A stretch of DNA of 57,204 nucleotides, counting the filler, from Stramenopiles sp. TOSAG23-3 (Eukaryota), in the NCBI GenBank assembly GCA_900128585.1. It is 3 parts of 3 records of this genome, joined end to end, with 100 filler letters (N's around TTAATTAATTAA, not from the genome) between each part and the next. Parts side by side here need not be neighbours in the genome. Positions count along the whole stretch, not along the records: positions 19,141 to 38,136 come from LT642411.1; 2 more parts are not named here. One strand, 5' to 3'. Below the pieces are notes generated by a model that saw nothing but the letters and a program-made list of their open reading frames with translations, did no database searches and had not been told where the DNA came from. Numbering within the stretch: the first letter of the stretch is position 1; the number at the start of each line of letters is the position of its first letter. Both the position numbers and the translations under genes were made by a program. Shown here piece after piece: positions 19,141 to 28,975 of this stretch.

Positions 19141-22100
19141 ATGGCAGCCGCGTCTGTTGCCGGGCGAGCGGCGACGGAATCGTTGAAAAAGGTTCACGAT
19201 ACCATTGAGAAACTGAAAACGTTCGTGAACGACCCTGCAAACAAGGGGGCGTGGTTCAGTAAAGATGCAAAGCTAAGAAAAATGGTGCAACAGTTTGTCA
19301 ACGATTTGGAGAAAGACAACGCGGGCAAACCCAAGAATGTCGATTCGTACACTACCATGTGGACCTACTCTATGTGCGAGCGCGCGGAGTGTTATGCGGG
19401 CTCTGGGGACGAGAACAGGCCACCGAAGCGCAAGATTACAGAAATATTTAAGCTCAAAGGGAACGAGGCGGTCAGCGCATCGATGTCTGAATACATCCTT
19501 GATGGCCGTCTGACATCAGTGGGATTCAAACAGCTCACAAAAATTTGCGAAATAAGATTGAACCGAGGTACTCCTTGGTACGAACGCGACGACTACAAGC
19601 AGAAGGACTCGTCCTTCCTAGAATTGGGCAAAGACGTGGTAGACACGGCCTTGTACAAAAAGGTAGAAAGCATGGAAGAGTTGCCCGCGGGATCGAAGGT
19701 CTTGGAGACTCATTGTAAGCTGAGCTTGAAGGACCCAAATAGTATAAAGCGGTGCATGGGGTTGAAAAAAGCGTTCGTTTGCCACAGGAATAGGGCAATT
19801 GTCGACCTTGTTCCCAAAAAGGAGTGCAAGAAAGAGAACGAAGAGTTCTGTTTGATGTCGCAGAGCATGATGATGCCTTGCCTGTACCACGACTGCTTAA
19901 ACCCCAGGGAAAAATCGACCCTCAGTGTCACCTGCATGGAAGATAATGCGCACCTCGAGAACAAAGGCTGGGCGTGCGGCTACCAAGCGGAAGGAGGCGA
20001 GGACTGCAACTGCAAAAGAATGAGAGCCGTGAACGGTGGCCGCTTCAAGAAAGCCATATTGGGCCTCAAAAGCATCTGGAAGGCAAACAAAATAAAAATT
20101 ATCGGTGGAATTGCCATGGGGATGGTTGCTGGTTTCTGCCTTGCCAACCCTGCCTGTGGGGCCGCCGTGTTCGGCATGTCTACGGCTGGTGGCGCTGTCA
20201 CAGCACAGATAGACTCTGCAGCAAAAACTGTTGAAGACTTGGCTGGCAGCTCTGGATGCTCCGCGAAAGCCATCATGGAGGCCAACCCGGGGATTGGTTC
20301 CCCAGGGGGTGGCTGGGCACAGGCCGCGAACCCAACTGCCAAATTCTTTAAGACTGATATTGCCTTTGTCACCAAAGGCTGGGCCAAATTACCGCCCTTT
20401 CTAGTGCCCAAAGGGATCCAGGAGGGCGCCAAAGTGTTCAAAAATGGCCACGGCCTGGGCACAAGTGCTTCGGCAGGGGACGCGTTCCGCACGGACTACT
20501 TGCCAAAAAATGCGAAGACATTTACGCTTCCGAAGAACTGCATGCTTGGCCAGCTGAAAAACAGCAAAGCCTTCAAAGTAGGAACGAAGGTTCTTGGGGG
20601 GTTGGCAATGGCGAAGACCGCTGCCAAGTTAATAAAAAAGGCCCATCGCGCACTGTCGTTGTGGGGCGTCAAATCGTACGACAAAGACATCGACAAGAAC
20701 GAATTGTTCGGGTCGACAGACCCAATCCAATTGCAGGAGAAGGGTTCCACCAAATGCCTTGCCTTGAAAGAAGAAAAGAAGGGCGGGATTGTTGAAATGC
20801 GAAAATGCACTGGAAAGTCGGACGTCTGGATGCCGGTCAGCCGTAAGAAGGAAGGGAACGAAGATGAAAGCATGCTGTACCATGCCAAAAAGAATGTGTT
20901 CCATACTGCCAGCGGGGACAAAATCACCCGCTGGATGGTGGACGACCGGGACGAAAAGAACATGTGTATGTACAACAAGAAGCTGAACGCTGGAATTGCT
21001 TGGGGTTCGTGTGTAATTACGGAAGCGAGCAAGCTGACAGAAGGGTTGTCTGGGGCCATGTTTGGCAGCCCTGGGGACATTCACAACTTTGGCGAATGGG
21101 AACTTAAGAGTAACGGTATGCTATGCCGCGACGGATGCAGATACTGCGTTGTTCGAAAAGACGGCGAATTAATCATGGGGCTGTGCGGAATCAAGAAACC
21201 GAAGAAGAACATGTTCGCCAAGGCGACATTTGATGTAAACCCTGATTTGGTGCACTTCGAAGCCCTGTCCGTCGAAGCCGAGCCGCTTTCGCCGGGCGCA
21301 CTGACACGGGATCCGAAAACGAAAGACATCAAGAGATGTGGAGAAAGTGAGAAGGGGGAATACATCAATGATATTTTCCCCGTATCGGCACGAAGATTTG
21401 TTTGCTCAGGGATTCAAGGCTGCATCTTCGACGATGATGTCGCAGAGTGCGTGCCAGGAGACCCGAACGTCCCGGATCCACCCGCTGGAACAGGAAACAG
21501 CCAAACCGGGCCCTTCGAAGACATGGGGTACGATTCCGATGGGCCAGCGACGGCACCGCTTGCAACGGGCGGTAGCGGCGGTTCCGGTCCAACGGGCAAC
21601 GATGATCCCGATGAAGAGAATGATTGGAAGCCGCCATGTAAGGTGGATGAAAACTGCGCAAAGATCACGTTCGGAAAACATGTTGCCTACCTGCCTATCA
21701 ACCCAAAGGACCGTAAAACAACTGCGCCACCCTCTAGTAACACTCCTGCGCCCAAAGATCCGGTAACCACCGATGATCCCTCTGCGACTACGGACGAACC
21801 AGTCCCCGAATTGGACCAAGAAAACGAGGACGAGGATGAACCAGTAACCCCCGGTTCTGGGGCTACTGGGTCCAGTTCTGGCTCTGGCAGTGGGTCTGGT
21901 AGTGGCTCAGTCAACGGGTCTGGTAGTGGCTCTGGCAGCGGGTCTGGTAGTGGTTCAGGATCAGGCTCTGGTTCGGGAGATTGCCCAAGCAAAGGCGTCT
22001 CGGCCGCATGCAAAGTTGTTGGAAAGGTCAGATCAGTGTGTACAATAACAACGTTTCAACATCTTGCCGACAAGGGCCACAAATTTCCAAAAATCAAGGA

Positions 22101-22488
22101 TCCGAAGCATAGAGTCTCCTGCCTGTGGAGGAACAAGTGTGGTTGCGTAGCAAAGGCTAAGTACGCAGATGCAAAAGATGGGTCTGATAGTGGCTCTGGC
22201 TCTGGCAGTGGGTCTGGTAGTGGTTCAGGCAGCGGTTCTGGCTCTGGCAGCGGGTCTGGTAGTGGCTTAGGCAGCGGTTCTGGCTCCGGCTCTTGCTGCA
22301 AAGTATGCAAAACAGGAAAAGCCTGTGGAAATACTTGCATCGCAAAATCAAAGGTATGCACACAATCTCCCGGTTGCGCGTGTGACGTAAAAGACAAGAA
22401 AGCAAAAGAAGAGGTAGCCAGAACAGATGACAACGACGACGACGACGACGGGTTAATTGCTGCAACTGCCTTGTCTGTCTTTTTTTGA
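19141..22488 (+). CDS. Large Cys-rich mosaic protein of unknown function, probably 5' partial
   Basis: 1115-aa ORF from the first base of the contig; Cys-rich blocks, hydrophobic segment IIGGIAMGMVAGFCLA, Pro/Thr-rich linker, two (GS)n tracts, module CCKVCKTGKACGNTCIAKSKVCTQSPGCAC. Confidence 0.75.
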   Translation: MAAASVAGRAATESLKKVHDTIEKLKTFVNDPANKGAWFSKDAKLRKMVQQFVNDLEKDNAGKPKNVDSYTTMWTYSMCERAECYAGSGDENRPPKRKITEIFKLKGNEAVSASMSEYILDGRLTSVGFKQLTKICEIRLNRGTPWYERDDYKQKDSSFLELGKDVVDTALYKKVESMEELPAGSKVLETHCKLSLKDPNSIKRCMGLKKAFVCHRNRAIVDLVPKKECKKENEEFCLMSQSMMMPCLYHDCLNPREKSTLSVTCMEDNAHLENKGWACGYQAEGGEDCNCKRMRAVNGGRFKKAILGLKSIWKANKIKIIGGIAMGMVAGFCLANPACGAAVFGMSTAGGAVTAQIDSAAKTVEDLAGSSGCSAKAIMEANPGIGSPGGGWAQAANPTAKFFKTDIAFVTKGWAKLPPFLVPKGIQEGAKVFKNGHGLGTSASAGDAFRTDYLPKNAKTFTLPKNCMLGQLKNSKAFKVGTKVLGGLAMAKTAAKLIKKAHRALSLWGVKSYDKDIDKNELFGSTDPIQLQEKGSTKCLALKEEKKGGIVEMRKCTGKSDVWMPVSRKKEGNEDESMLYHAKKNVFHTASGDKITRWMVDDRDEKNMCMYNKKLNAGIAWGSCVITEASKLTEGLSGAMFGSPGDIHNFGEWELKSNGMLCRDGCRYCVVRKDGELIMGLCGIKKPKKNMFAKATFDVNPDLVHFEALSVEAEPLSPGALTRDPKTKDIKRCGESEKGEYINDIFPVSARRFVCSGIQGCIFDDDVAECVPGDPNVPDPPAGTGNSQTGPFEDMGYDSDGPATAPLATGGSGGSGPTGNDDPDEENDWKPPCKVDENCAKITFGKHVAYLPINPKDRKTTAPPSSNTPAPKDPVTTDDPSATTDEPVPELDQENEDEDEPVTPGSGATGSSSGSGSGSGSGSVNGSGSGSGSGSGSGSGSGSGSGDCPSKGVSAACKVVGKVRSVCTITTFQHLADKGHKFPKIKDPKHRVSCLWRNKCGCVAKAKYADAKDGSDSGSGSGSGSGSGSGSGSGSGSGSGSGLGSGSGSGSCCKVCKTGKACGNTCIAKSKVCTQSPGCACDVKDKKAKEEVARTDDNDDDDDGLIAATALSVFF

Positions 22489-22643
22489 GAAAATCTAGCA
22501 GAGGTGAATAAAATAAAATTTTGAAATGTATGAAATCTAAGGTTAAGATAATTTTTAGAAAAATTAAATCAAATGTAAAAATAATAACGGAGAGTGCGTA
22601 AATTAGCCTGAATGAAACCATAAAAACCGTAATAAGTACTCGT

Positions 22644-23876
22644 TTATTCCGCAACGTCCTTCAAAACTTTTTTGATCACTTTTTCTGCCTGCTGCACCCG
22701 CGTCTGGATAACTTTTCGGATCGTGTTGATTTCTTCGATGACGACACCCAACTGCCTTTTGAACCCTGCAAAATTCTCTTCCAAGGACTCGCACATGGCA
22801 TTGTGCTGTTCTAAATGGTGGCGTGCCTTGCTGATCCCTTCCCTTGCATGGTCCATGCCGAAATTCAAGTCGTCGGACAGCCTGTTCATCCCTTCCAACG
22901 TTTCGCGGTTGGCCTTTGCCTTTTTGGAGATGGCCAACTTCTCCTTCTGGAGTTTGTGCAATTTTGAACGTTTCGTGTTCAGCGTTTCTTGGAGCTTCTC
23001 CACAAGGCCCTTGTGGCTTTGGTGGTTCTTTCCCTCTTGCGTCTCTTCCGTTTTGTGGGCCTTGTCCAACGACTCGTGCATGTCGGCCAGCTGGGCGATG
23101 ATTTTGGCCGCGGGGCGAACGTGCTCTTCCACGCTGGGGTCGACGTCCGACAATTCTAAAAGAGACGCTGCCGTGGAACTGTTCGAGGCATTTTTTTTGT
23201 GCTTCAAACAGATTTCGTACGTGGAGTCTACGGCAGGGGAGAGCGGGTCGCAGATCCTTCCAAGCTCTTGGTCCAGCTGCTCGGTGGCCTTCATGATTGC
23301 CTTCGGGCCTTTCTTCAGCGCTGTGGCCCGCTTGACCGAGTTCATGATCAACTCGACGACTTGCCTGCTGTCGCGCAGGGCCTTCGTGCGACCGTTGAAG
23401 TGCTTCATGTCTTCGGTGCGCAAGATGCTGGCGTCCGCCAACTCGTTTTTACTAACTGCGATCGCCTCGGTGATCGACTTGATCCTGTCCTCTAGGGCAA
23501 CTAACTTCTGCCGCGAATCGTCGCGCTCGGCTTCAATCTTGTGGACCCTGGGCATGAGGCTCTGCAACTTCACCTGGTTGTCGTGGATAGTCTTGCTAAA
23601 CGTGGACATTTCCGTCTCGAAGAAGTTTCGCTTCTTCATGCACCGCGCCTCCATGGTCACACGCTCCTTCTTTCGGTACTCCATTTCCTTGTTAACATGG
23701 GCGCCAATGTCCTCCAGCAGCCGCAGGGATGCCGTTGGCGATACTATCTTGCGGCCGTTCACCGTGGTTGGCTCGGCCAAACTACTTAACTTGCCCTTGA
23801 TGCCCGCCAACGACCCGCGGGCCACGGCGCTAAGAGAGGCGACGCAAACAAACAACACAAAAGTTCTGAAAGCCAT
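22644..23876 (-). CDS. Secreted long coiled-coil protein
   Basis: Signal peptide MAFRTFVLFVCVASLSAVARG from the ATG at 23876; heptad-rich helical body with sparse Cys. Confidence 0.75.
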   Translation of the reverse strand: MAFRTFVLFVCVASLSAVARGSLAGIKGKLSSLAEPTTVNGRKIVSPTASLRLLEDIGAHVNKEMEYRKKERVTMEARCMKKRNFFETEMSTFSKTIHDNQVKLQSLMPRVHKIEAERDDSRQKLVALEDRIKSITEAIAVSKNELADASILRTEDMKHFNGRTKALRDSRQVVELIMNSVKRATALKKGPKAIMKATEQLDQELGRICDPLSPAVDSTYEICLKHKKNASNSSTAASLLELSDVDPSVEEHVRPAAKIIAQLADMHESLDKAHKTEETQEGKNHQSHKGLVEKLQETLNTKRSKLHKLQKEKLAISKKAKANRETLEGMNRLSDDLNFGMDHAREGISKARHHLEQHNAMCESLEENFAGFKRQLGVVIEEINTIRKVIQTRVQQAEKVIKKVLKDVAE

Positions 23877-24650
23877 TCTGTGCAAGCAAACGGTAAGTAC
23901 GTACGCAATAGAACACAATTACAATAACAAACCAATACCAACTCGACAAGGAAGTGGGAAAGCTTTCTAAAGAAAGAAATAAGCTCAGAGAAATGAAGAC
24001 ATTGACTACATACTTCCATTCCACTCACTCTTTCATTCCAAGATTCATTCAAAGAAGTTTGTAAATTTTTCATTTTCCGTTGATAAAGTAAATAAGGCAA
24101 TTGGAGTTCTTATTGATTATCACTTTCCAAATATTATATAGTATGAACGTTATTCCTATATAAACTAAAAGACTATTATAATTATATAATTATTGTAATA
24201 AGACTATAAAATGATTATAAATAATTATATAAATATACTATCAAATATATTATAATTATCTTTTATATTGTTTTAACATGCTTCAATATAATAATAAAAT
24301 GCTATCTAATATATATTTTAAGTACATGAAAGATAATATGAAGGTTAACAATTCGTATCCTTAATTCTGAAGAAGATGGCAATCCGAATCGAATGATTCT
24401 AATGTAGTCTTCTTTTTATTGAATTAATATTCTAATATGTTTACAACTACATTATATAAATATACTAATAGGATATTTATATTGAATAAATACATCATAA
24501 TAGATATAAAGGAAATAATTAATAGGAACATACATACCATTCAAGTACGAACTTCACCCCCCCTTTTTTTTTTAATTTGCCGGAAGAAAGAAAAAAAGGC
24601 GCCTCGTTTTAATTACTATGTTATTTAGTATAGTATTATTTGATAGGGAG

Positions 24651-24801
<151 letters not shown>

Positions 24802-24919
24802 GCGGCGTAGTAGAAAACAGATTATGAAAGTAACTAATAGTAACACTCTTTCTTATCGATGCTATTTGTGTTTGTAAACGTTCCATTTCTGGATGGGAAC
24901 GAACGGTGGTGTTCACTTT

Positions 24920-25465
24920 TTACAGCCCCTTGCAATTCCTGCCCAACCATGTGAACCCCTCTTTCAGCCCATCCCCAGTAGTCCCGGTGGACCCTTGAAC
25001 CTTCCACTTTCTATTTTTCAAGGTGACGCCTAGGTCCATTGCGCGTGCCATTTCCTCGGGCGCCATCGCTCCCGGCTGGTCCTGTTTGTTGACAAGTACC
25101 AAAATGGCCGCAGAATGCAGCTGAGGGTCCGCGGCCAACCCCATCAGCTCCGCCTTAGCGTCTTTCATCCGACCAATGTCGCACGCGTCTATTACAAATA
25201 TAATCCCTTGGGTACCAGTATAGTAGTGGCGCCAAAACCTCCGCAGGTCTTCCTGCCCACCAACGTCCCATACGTTCATGGTCAAGCCTGAAAACTGAAA
25301 CGACTGTACATTATAACTCTCGGTTGGCTTCGTATTGACCATTTTCTTCGCGTACATACGGAACAAAATTGTTGTCTTTCCCGCACCATCCAACCCAACG
25401 ATGAGAAGTCGGCGGTGCTTCCGAAGAAGAAACCTGTTCACTTTCCTGGAGAAAAACCCACCCAT
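24920..25465 (-). CDS. ARF/ARL family small GTPase, 181 aa
   Basis: MG start at 25465; GLDGAGKTT, WDVGGQ, WRHYYTGTQGIIFVID, NKQD. Confidence 0.92.
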   Translation of the reverse strand: MGGFFSRKVNRFLLRKHRRLLIVGLDGAGKTTILFRMYAKKMVNTKPTESYNVQSFQFSGLTMNVWDVGGQEDLRRFWRHYYTGTQGIIFVIDACDIGRMKDAKAELMGLAADPQLHSAAILVLVNKQDQPGAMAPEEMARAMDLGVTLKNRKWKVQGSTGTTGDGLKEGFTWLGRNCKGL

Positions 25466-25696
25466 AACGAGAACGGACAAAGGGGTGGACGGACGGACGG
25501 ACGGACGGATGGACACGAACGTACTCGACTATAGGTTCGGATAGACTATGCAACCAGTCCTTAATGCACGCAATCAAAGCGTGAAAAAAGATCATAAACT
25601 GTTTCATGCGTAACTGTCGTCATTTTTACATGAACACTTGTGTTTCTCTTGTATAAAACATCATCGCCATCTCAATATTTTTAAATTAAAATTGCT

Positions 25697-25835
25697 TTCT
25701 TTTTTTTTCCTTCTCCTTCTTCTTCTTCTTCTTCTTCTTCTTTCGTTCGTTCTTCTTCTTTCTTTCTTTCTTCTTTTTTTCTTTCTTCTTTTTTTCTTCT
25801 TCTTCTTCTTCTTCTTCTTCTTCTTCTTTCTTTTT
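25697..25835. repeat. (CTT)n polypyrimidine tract in a divergent intergenic region
   Basis: Direct reading. Confidence 0.9.
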
Positions 25836-26372
25836 CATGGTGCTTCTACTTTCTTTCTTTTCATTCCTATATATAGGAGATAGTAGGAGTAAGTAGAAAA
25901 TATTAAATATATCAAAGAAGAAAGAAGGAATAAACCTGATGAAAAGAAGAAGAATAAAATAATTAATATTTCTTCTTCTTCTTCTTTCTCTCTCTCCCTT
26001 CATCCTTCCTTTTTTTATTTGTTTAAATACATTGAATAGCATCGTCTTAATTCAATTTGAAAACAAACAAACAATATAAATAACAGGTACACAGTTCCAC
26101 AATAAAAATAAATCAAAAAAAAAGAAGAAGAAGAAGAAGAAAAAGAAAAGAAGAACGGAACAACAAGAAAAACCAGAAAGAAGAGAAACAAATGGATTTG
26201 GGTGAGTCAATCAATGTACACGGACATGATATTTAGTCTGGTTGCGTTTGTTGAAAGATATTCATTTTAGTACAGAAATATTGCAACGGAGAGTACGACC
26301 CCAAAAGATTTTTCCTTACTTCTTTTCTCTTCTTCTTTCTTTGACGTTGTTAGTCTATAGTCTTCGGCCACC

Positions 26373-28412
26373 ATGCCTCGTACTGTCCGTTCGCTCCCTC
26401 CTTTCGTGGCCCACGGGTCAGGCGTGAACTGCTTGCATGTTGGGCCACGAAGCGCCGGTGTCCTTGTCACGGGCGGGATGGATCGTTTGGTGAATATATG
26501 GAGACTGGGAAAGCCGGCTGCGCTGATGACGCTGAGTGGGCACACCACGCCGATCACGTCTGTGCGGTTCGACGCCGCGGAGGAGGCCGTGTCGGCTGGT
26601 TCTCAAGGCGGCACGGTGAAGCTTTTTGCCCTTGGGAACGGCGGAAAAACCGTTCGCAACCTGTCCGGGCACCAGTCCGACGTAATTACTTTGGACACGC
26701 ACCCGTACCACCAGTACATGCTCTCCGGGAGCAGCGATACGACCATGAAGGTGTGGGACATTCGAAGAAAGACCTCTTGCCTGGGGACGTACCGCGGCCA
26801 CACGGACAAAGTTTCCCAGGTGCTGTTCAGCCCGGACGGGTCGATCGCCGCGTCGGGGGGGCACGATGGGGTCGTGAACATTTGGGACCTCACGGCCGCC
26901 AAACTGCTGTACCAGTTCAAGAACTCCCACGCGTCGGCGATCACCTCCATTGCCTTTCACCCGTCCGAGTTCATCCTGGCGACGGCCAGTCTGGACAAAA
27001 CGATCAAATTTTGGGACATCGACCAGTTCAATTTAGTTTCTACCATTACGACCGGCAATAGCGCCGCGCGTTGCATCAAGTTCGAGGGTGGGGGGGGAAC
27101 GCTCCTGGCGTCCATGCAAGATCAGATGAAATGTTACGAATGGTCCGATGACAAGTGCCGATCGGTCCACAACGTCGATGTTCCATGGAACAACGTCGCA
27201 GATTTCGCGATACAGACGAAGACCAAGCGGGTGGTAGCCTGCAGCATGCATGAAAGTTTTGTCAGTCCGTTCCTGGTGCGATACGCCCCGAAGGAACATG
27301 AGGAAGGCGGGAGGGGGCCTCACCGCAGCGACGACGTGCAGAGCGCGTCCCCTGGCACCGATGGACCGCGGGGGGGGTCTCCAGCGAGGGTTAAACCGCG
27401 GAATTCGCCACGGCACACATCGCCAATAGTGCCCCGTTCCCCCGAGAAACAAGCAGAGCCGTCCTCGTCTCCTGGGAGAAAGAAACGGAACGAGGCCCAC
27501 CAGAGGAGCAGGGCCCGGGCGGAAGGGACGAAGACGGACGAACGAGAGGACAAGGTGCCAGGGCGGTCCCCGCCCGAAGGGAAGCGAAGGGATAGCCCCC
27601 GTGCGTCGTCGCCGATTATCGTTTCGGAAGGGCGGGGCCGAAAACCGGGCGAACCGACTTCGCCGCCAAGTGCGGTCGAGTTCGGCTCGAAGAAGGACGA
27701 TGGAAAGCGCGCTACAAGGAGGGGCAGCCCTGTCGGCCCTGGCGCCGTGCCGAGGGCGGGTGCGTCCCTGGCACCCCCCGAAGGGAAGGGCCGGGACTTG
27801 CTTGATGAGTCTTCCGATGACAGTGATGCTGGCGCGGACGACTTCAATTTCCTGGAAGGCACGAAAGTCCAGGGGCTGGACTACAAGGCGTTTGCCCCCA
27901 AATCCAAACCAGCAAAGCGCGTCGATGAGGAAAAAATTCTAAAGCAAATGCTAGAAGACCGGGAGATCTTCATGAACATTTTGACCGAGCGCTTGCGCGA
28001 AACGCGAGCCTTGCAAACCATGTGGTTTGAGGGTGACGTCGAGGGGGCAATAGAATCGGTGCTGGAGCTGAACGACATCAATCCTGGGGTAGCGATAGAT
28101 TTTTTTAGGTTTGCCAACTTGGAGAATAACCCAAAGATAACCTTGCGCCTGGCGTGCCGGTTGCTGCAGGTGTTGGACAACTTGCTCTCACAGAACGGTG
28201 GCAGAAACGGCTCCGCTTCGGAGCACAAAACGGTGATTGTCGAAGCGACCGAAACGTTGCACAAGTCCTTCTACGAGCTGATTGCGCGGAACCGCCAAGC
28301 GGCTGCGGTGCATGTGGGACAGCTGGACATCGCGGCTGAGGACCGCAATCGAAGGTCGGAAAAATGTTACCAATATTTTGTAAGAATTCTTGGGAAAGAC
28401 AAGTGTGCGTGA
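26373..28412 (+). CDS. KATNB1: Katanin p80 WD40 subunit B1
   Basis: FVAHGSGVNCL start, WD40 repeats (VTGGMDRLVNIW, SGSSDTTMKVWD, FSPDG, AFHPSEFILATAS), disordered linker, con80-like C-terminus (ILTERLRE...LDIAAEDR..KC). GCCACCATG start context. Confidence 0.88.
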   Translation: MPRTVRSLPPFVAHGSGVNCLHVGPRSAGVLVTGGMDRLVNIWRLGKPAALMTLSGHTTPITSVRFDAAEEAVSAGSQGGTVKLFALGNGGKTVRNLSGHQSDVITLDTHPYHQYMLSGSSDTTMKVWDIRRKTSCLGTYRGHTDKVSQVLFSPDGSIAASGGHDGVVNIWDLTAAKLLYQFKNSHASAITSIAFHPSEFILATASLDKTIKFWDIDQFNLVSTITTGNSAARCIKFEGGGGTLLASMQDQMKCYEWSDDKCRSVHNVDVPWNNVADFAIQTKTKRVVACSMHESFVSPFLVRYAPKEHEEGGRGPHRSDDVQSASPGTDGPRGGSPARVKPRNSPRHTSPIVPRSPEKQAEPSSSPGRKKRNEAHQRSRARAEGTKTDEREDKVPGRSPPEGKRRDSPRASSPIIVSEGRGRKPGEPTSPPSAVEFGSKKDDGKRATRRGSPVGPGAVPRAGASLAPPEGKGRDLLDESSDDSDAGADDFNFLEGTKVQGLDYKAFAPKSKPAKRVDEEKILKQMLEDREIFMNILTERLRETRALQTMWFEGDVEGAIESVLELNDINPGVAIDFFRFANLENNPKITLRLACRLLQVLDNLLSQNGGRNGSASEHKTVIVEATETLHKSFYELIARNRQAAAVHVGQLDIAAEDRNRRSEKCYQYFVRILGKDKCA

Positions 28413-28689
28413 GCGTTGGGGAAAGGCTTCGGGGGGAGTTGGATGGATGGGCGAGAGAGGGGCGTTTTTTTACGCGATGGAAATGGGACACCGGGGAGAA
28501 GTAATTTGTTTTGGTGCTGAGAAAGCTCAAATTCATTTGGTCAATTCTCTATAGTCTGATTTACACACAGATTACCTTCCACCGTTTGTAATTGCATTAG
28601 TGCGCATGACTCCTTCTTTTTGCTAGCCAAGTTGCTGCTATTAAAATATATAATATATTCAGATTATATATTTTTGGTTTTTTATAATA

Positions 28690-28850
28690 TAAAAAACAAG
28701 AAAATTGGCTGTTTATAATATAAATAAAAACAATATTTATTAATTTGTTTTTTAATTAATATGATATTTCTTGTTTTTAATTAATATGATAATACATGTG
28801 ATGATTATTATATTATTATTAAAAACAAGAAAATAATTGGCTGTTATTTA
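28690..28850. repeat. Two copies plus a partial reverse copy of the 30-bp element
   Basis: 28690-28714 TAAAAAACAAGAAAATTGGCTGTTT; 28767-28780 TTTCTTGTTTTTAA; 28819-28850 TTAAAAACAAGAAAATAATTGGCTGTTATTTA. Confidence 0.85.
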
Positions 28851-28975
28851 TTAATTAGCAACTGACTGTCGTACGGTACGGTAGGGGTACCGGAACGAAC
28901 TGGGTACTCGCATGCTATAATAATTTTCGAGAATTATTTTTCTACCCCTTCCTCCTGATTTTTCTAAATTTTGCC

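Noticed and set aside
22672-23970. 432-aa + strand ORF
   Set aside because: Antisense shadow of the signal-peptide coiled-coil gene; Ser/Phe/Leu-rich mirror composition with no motif.
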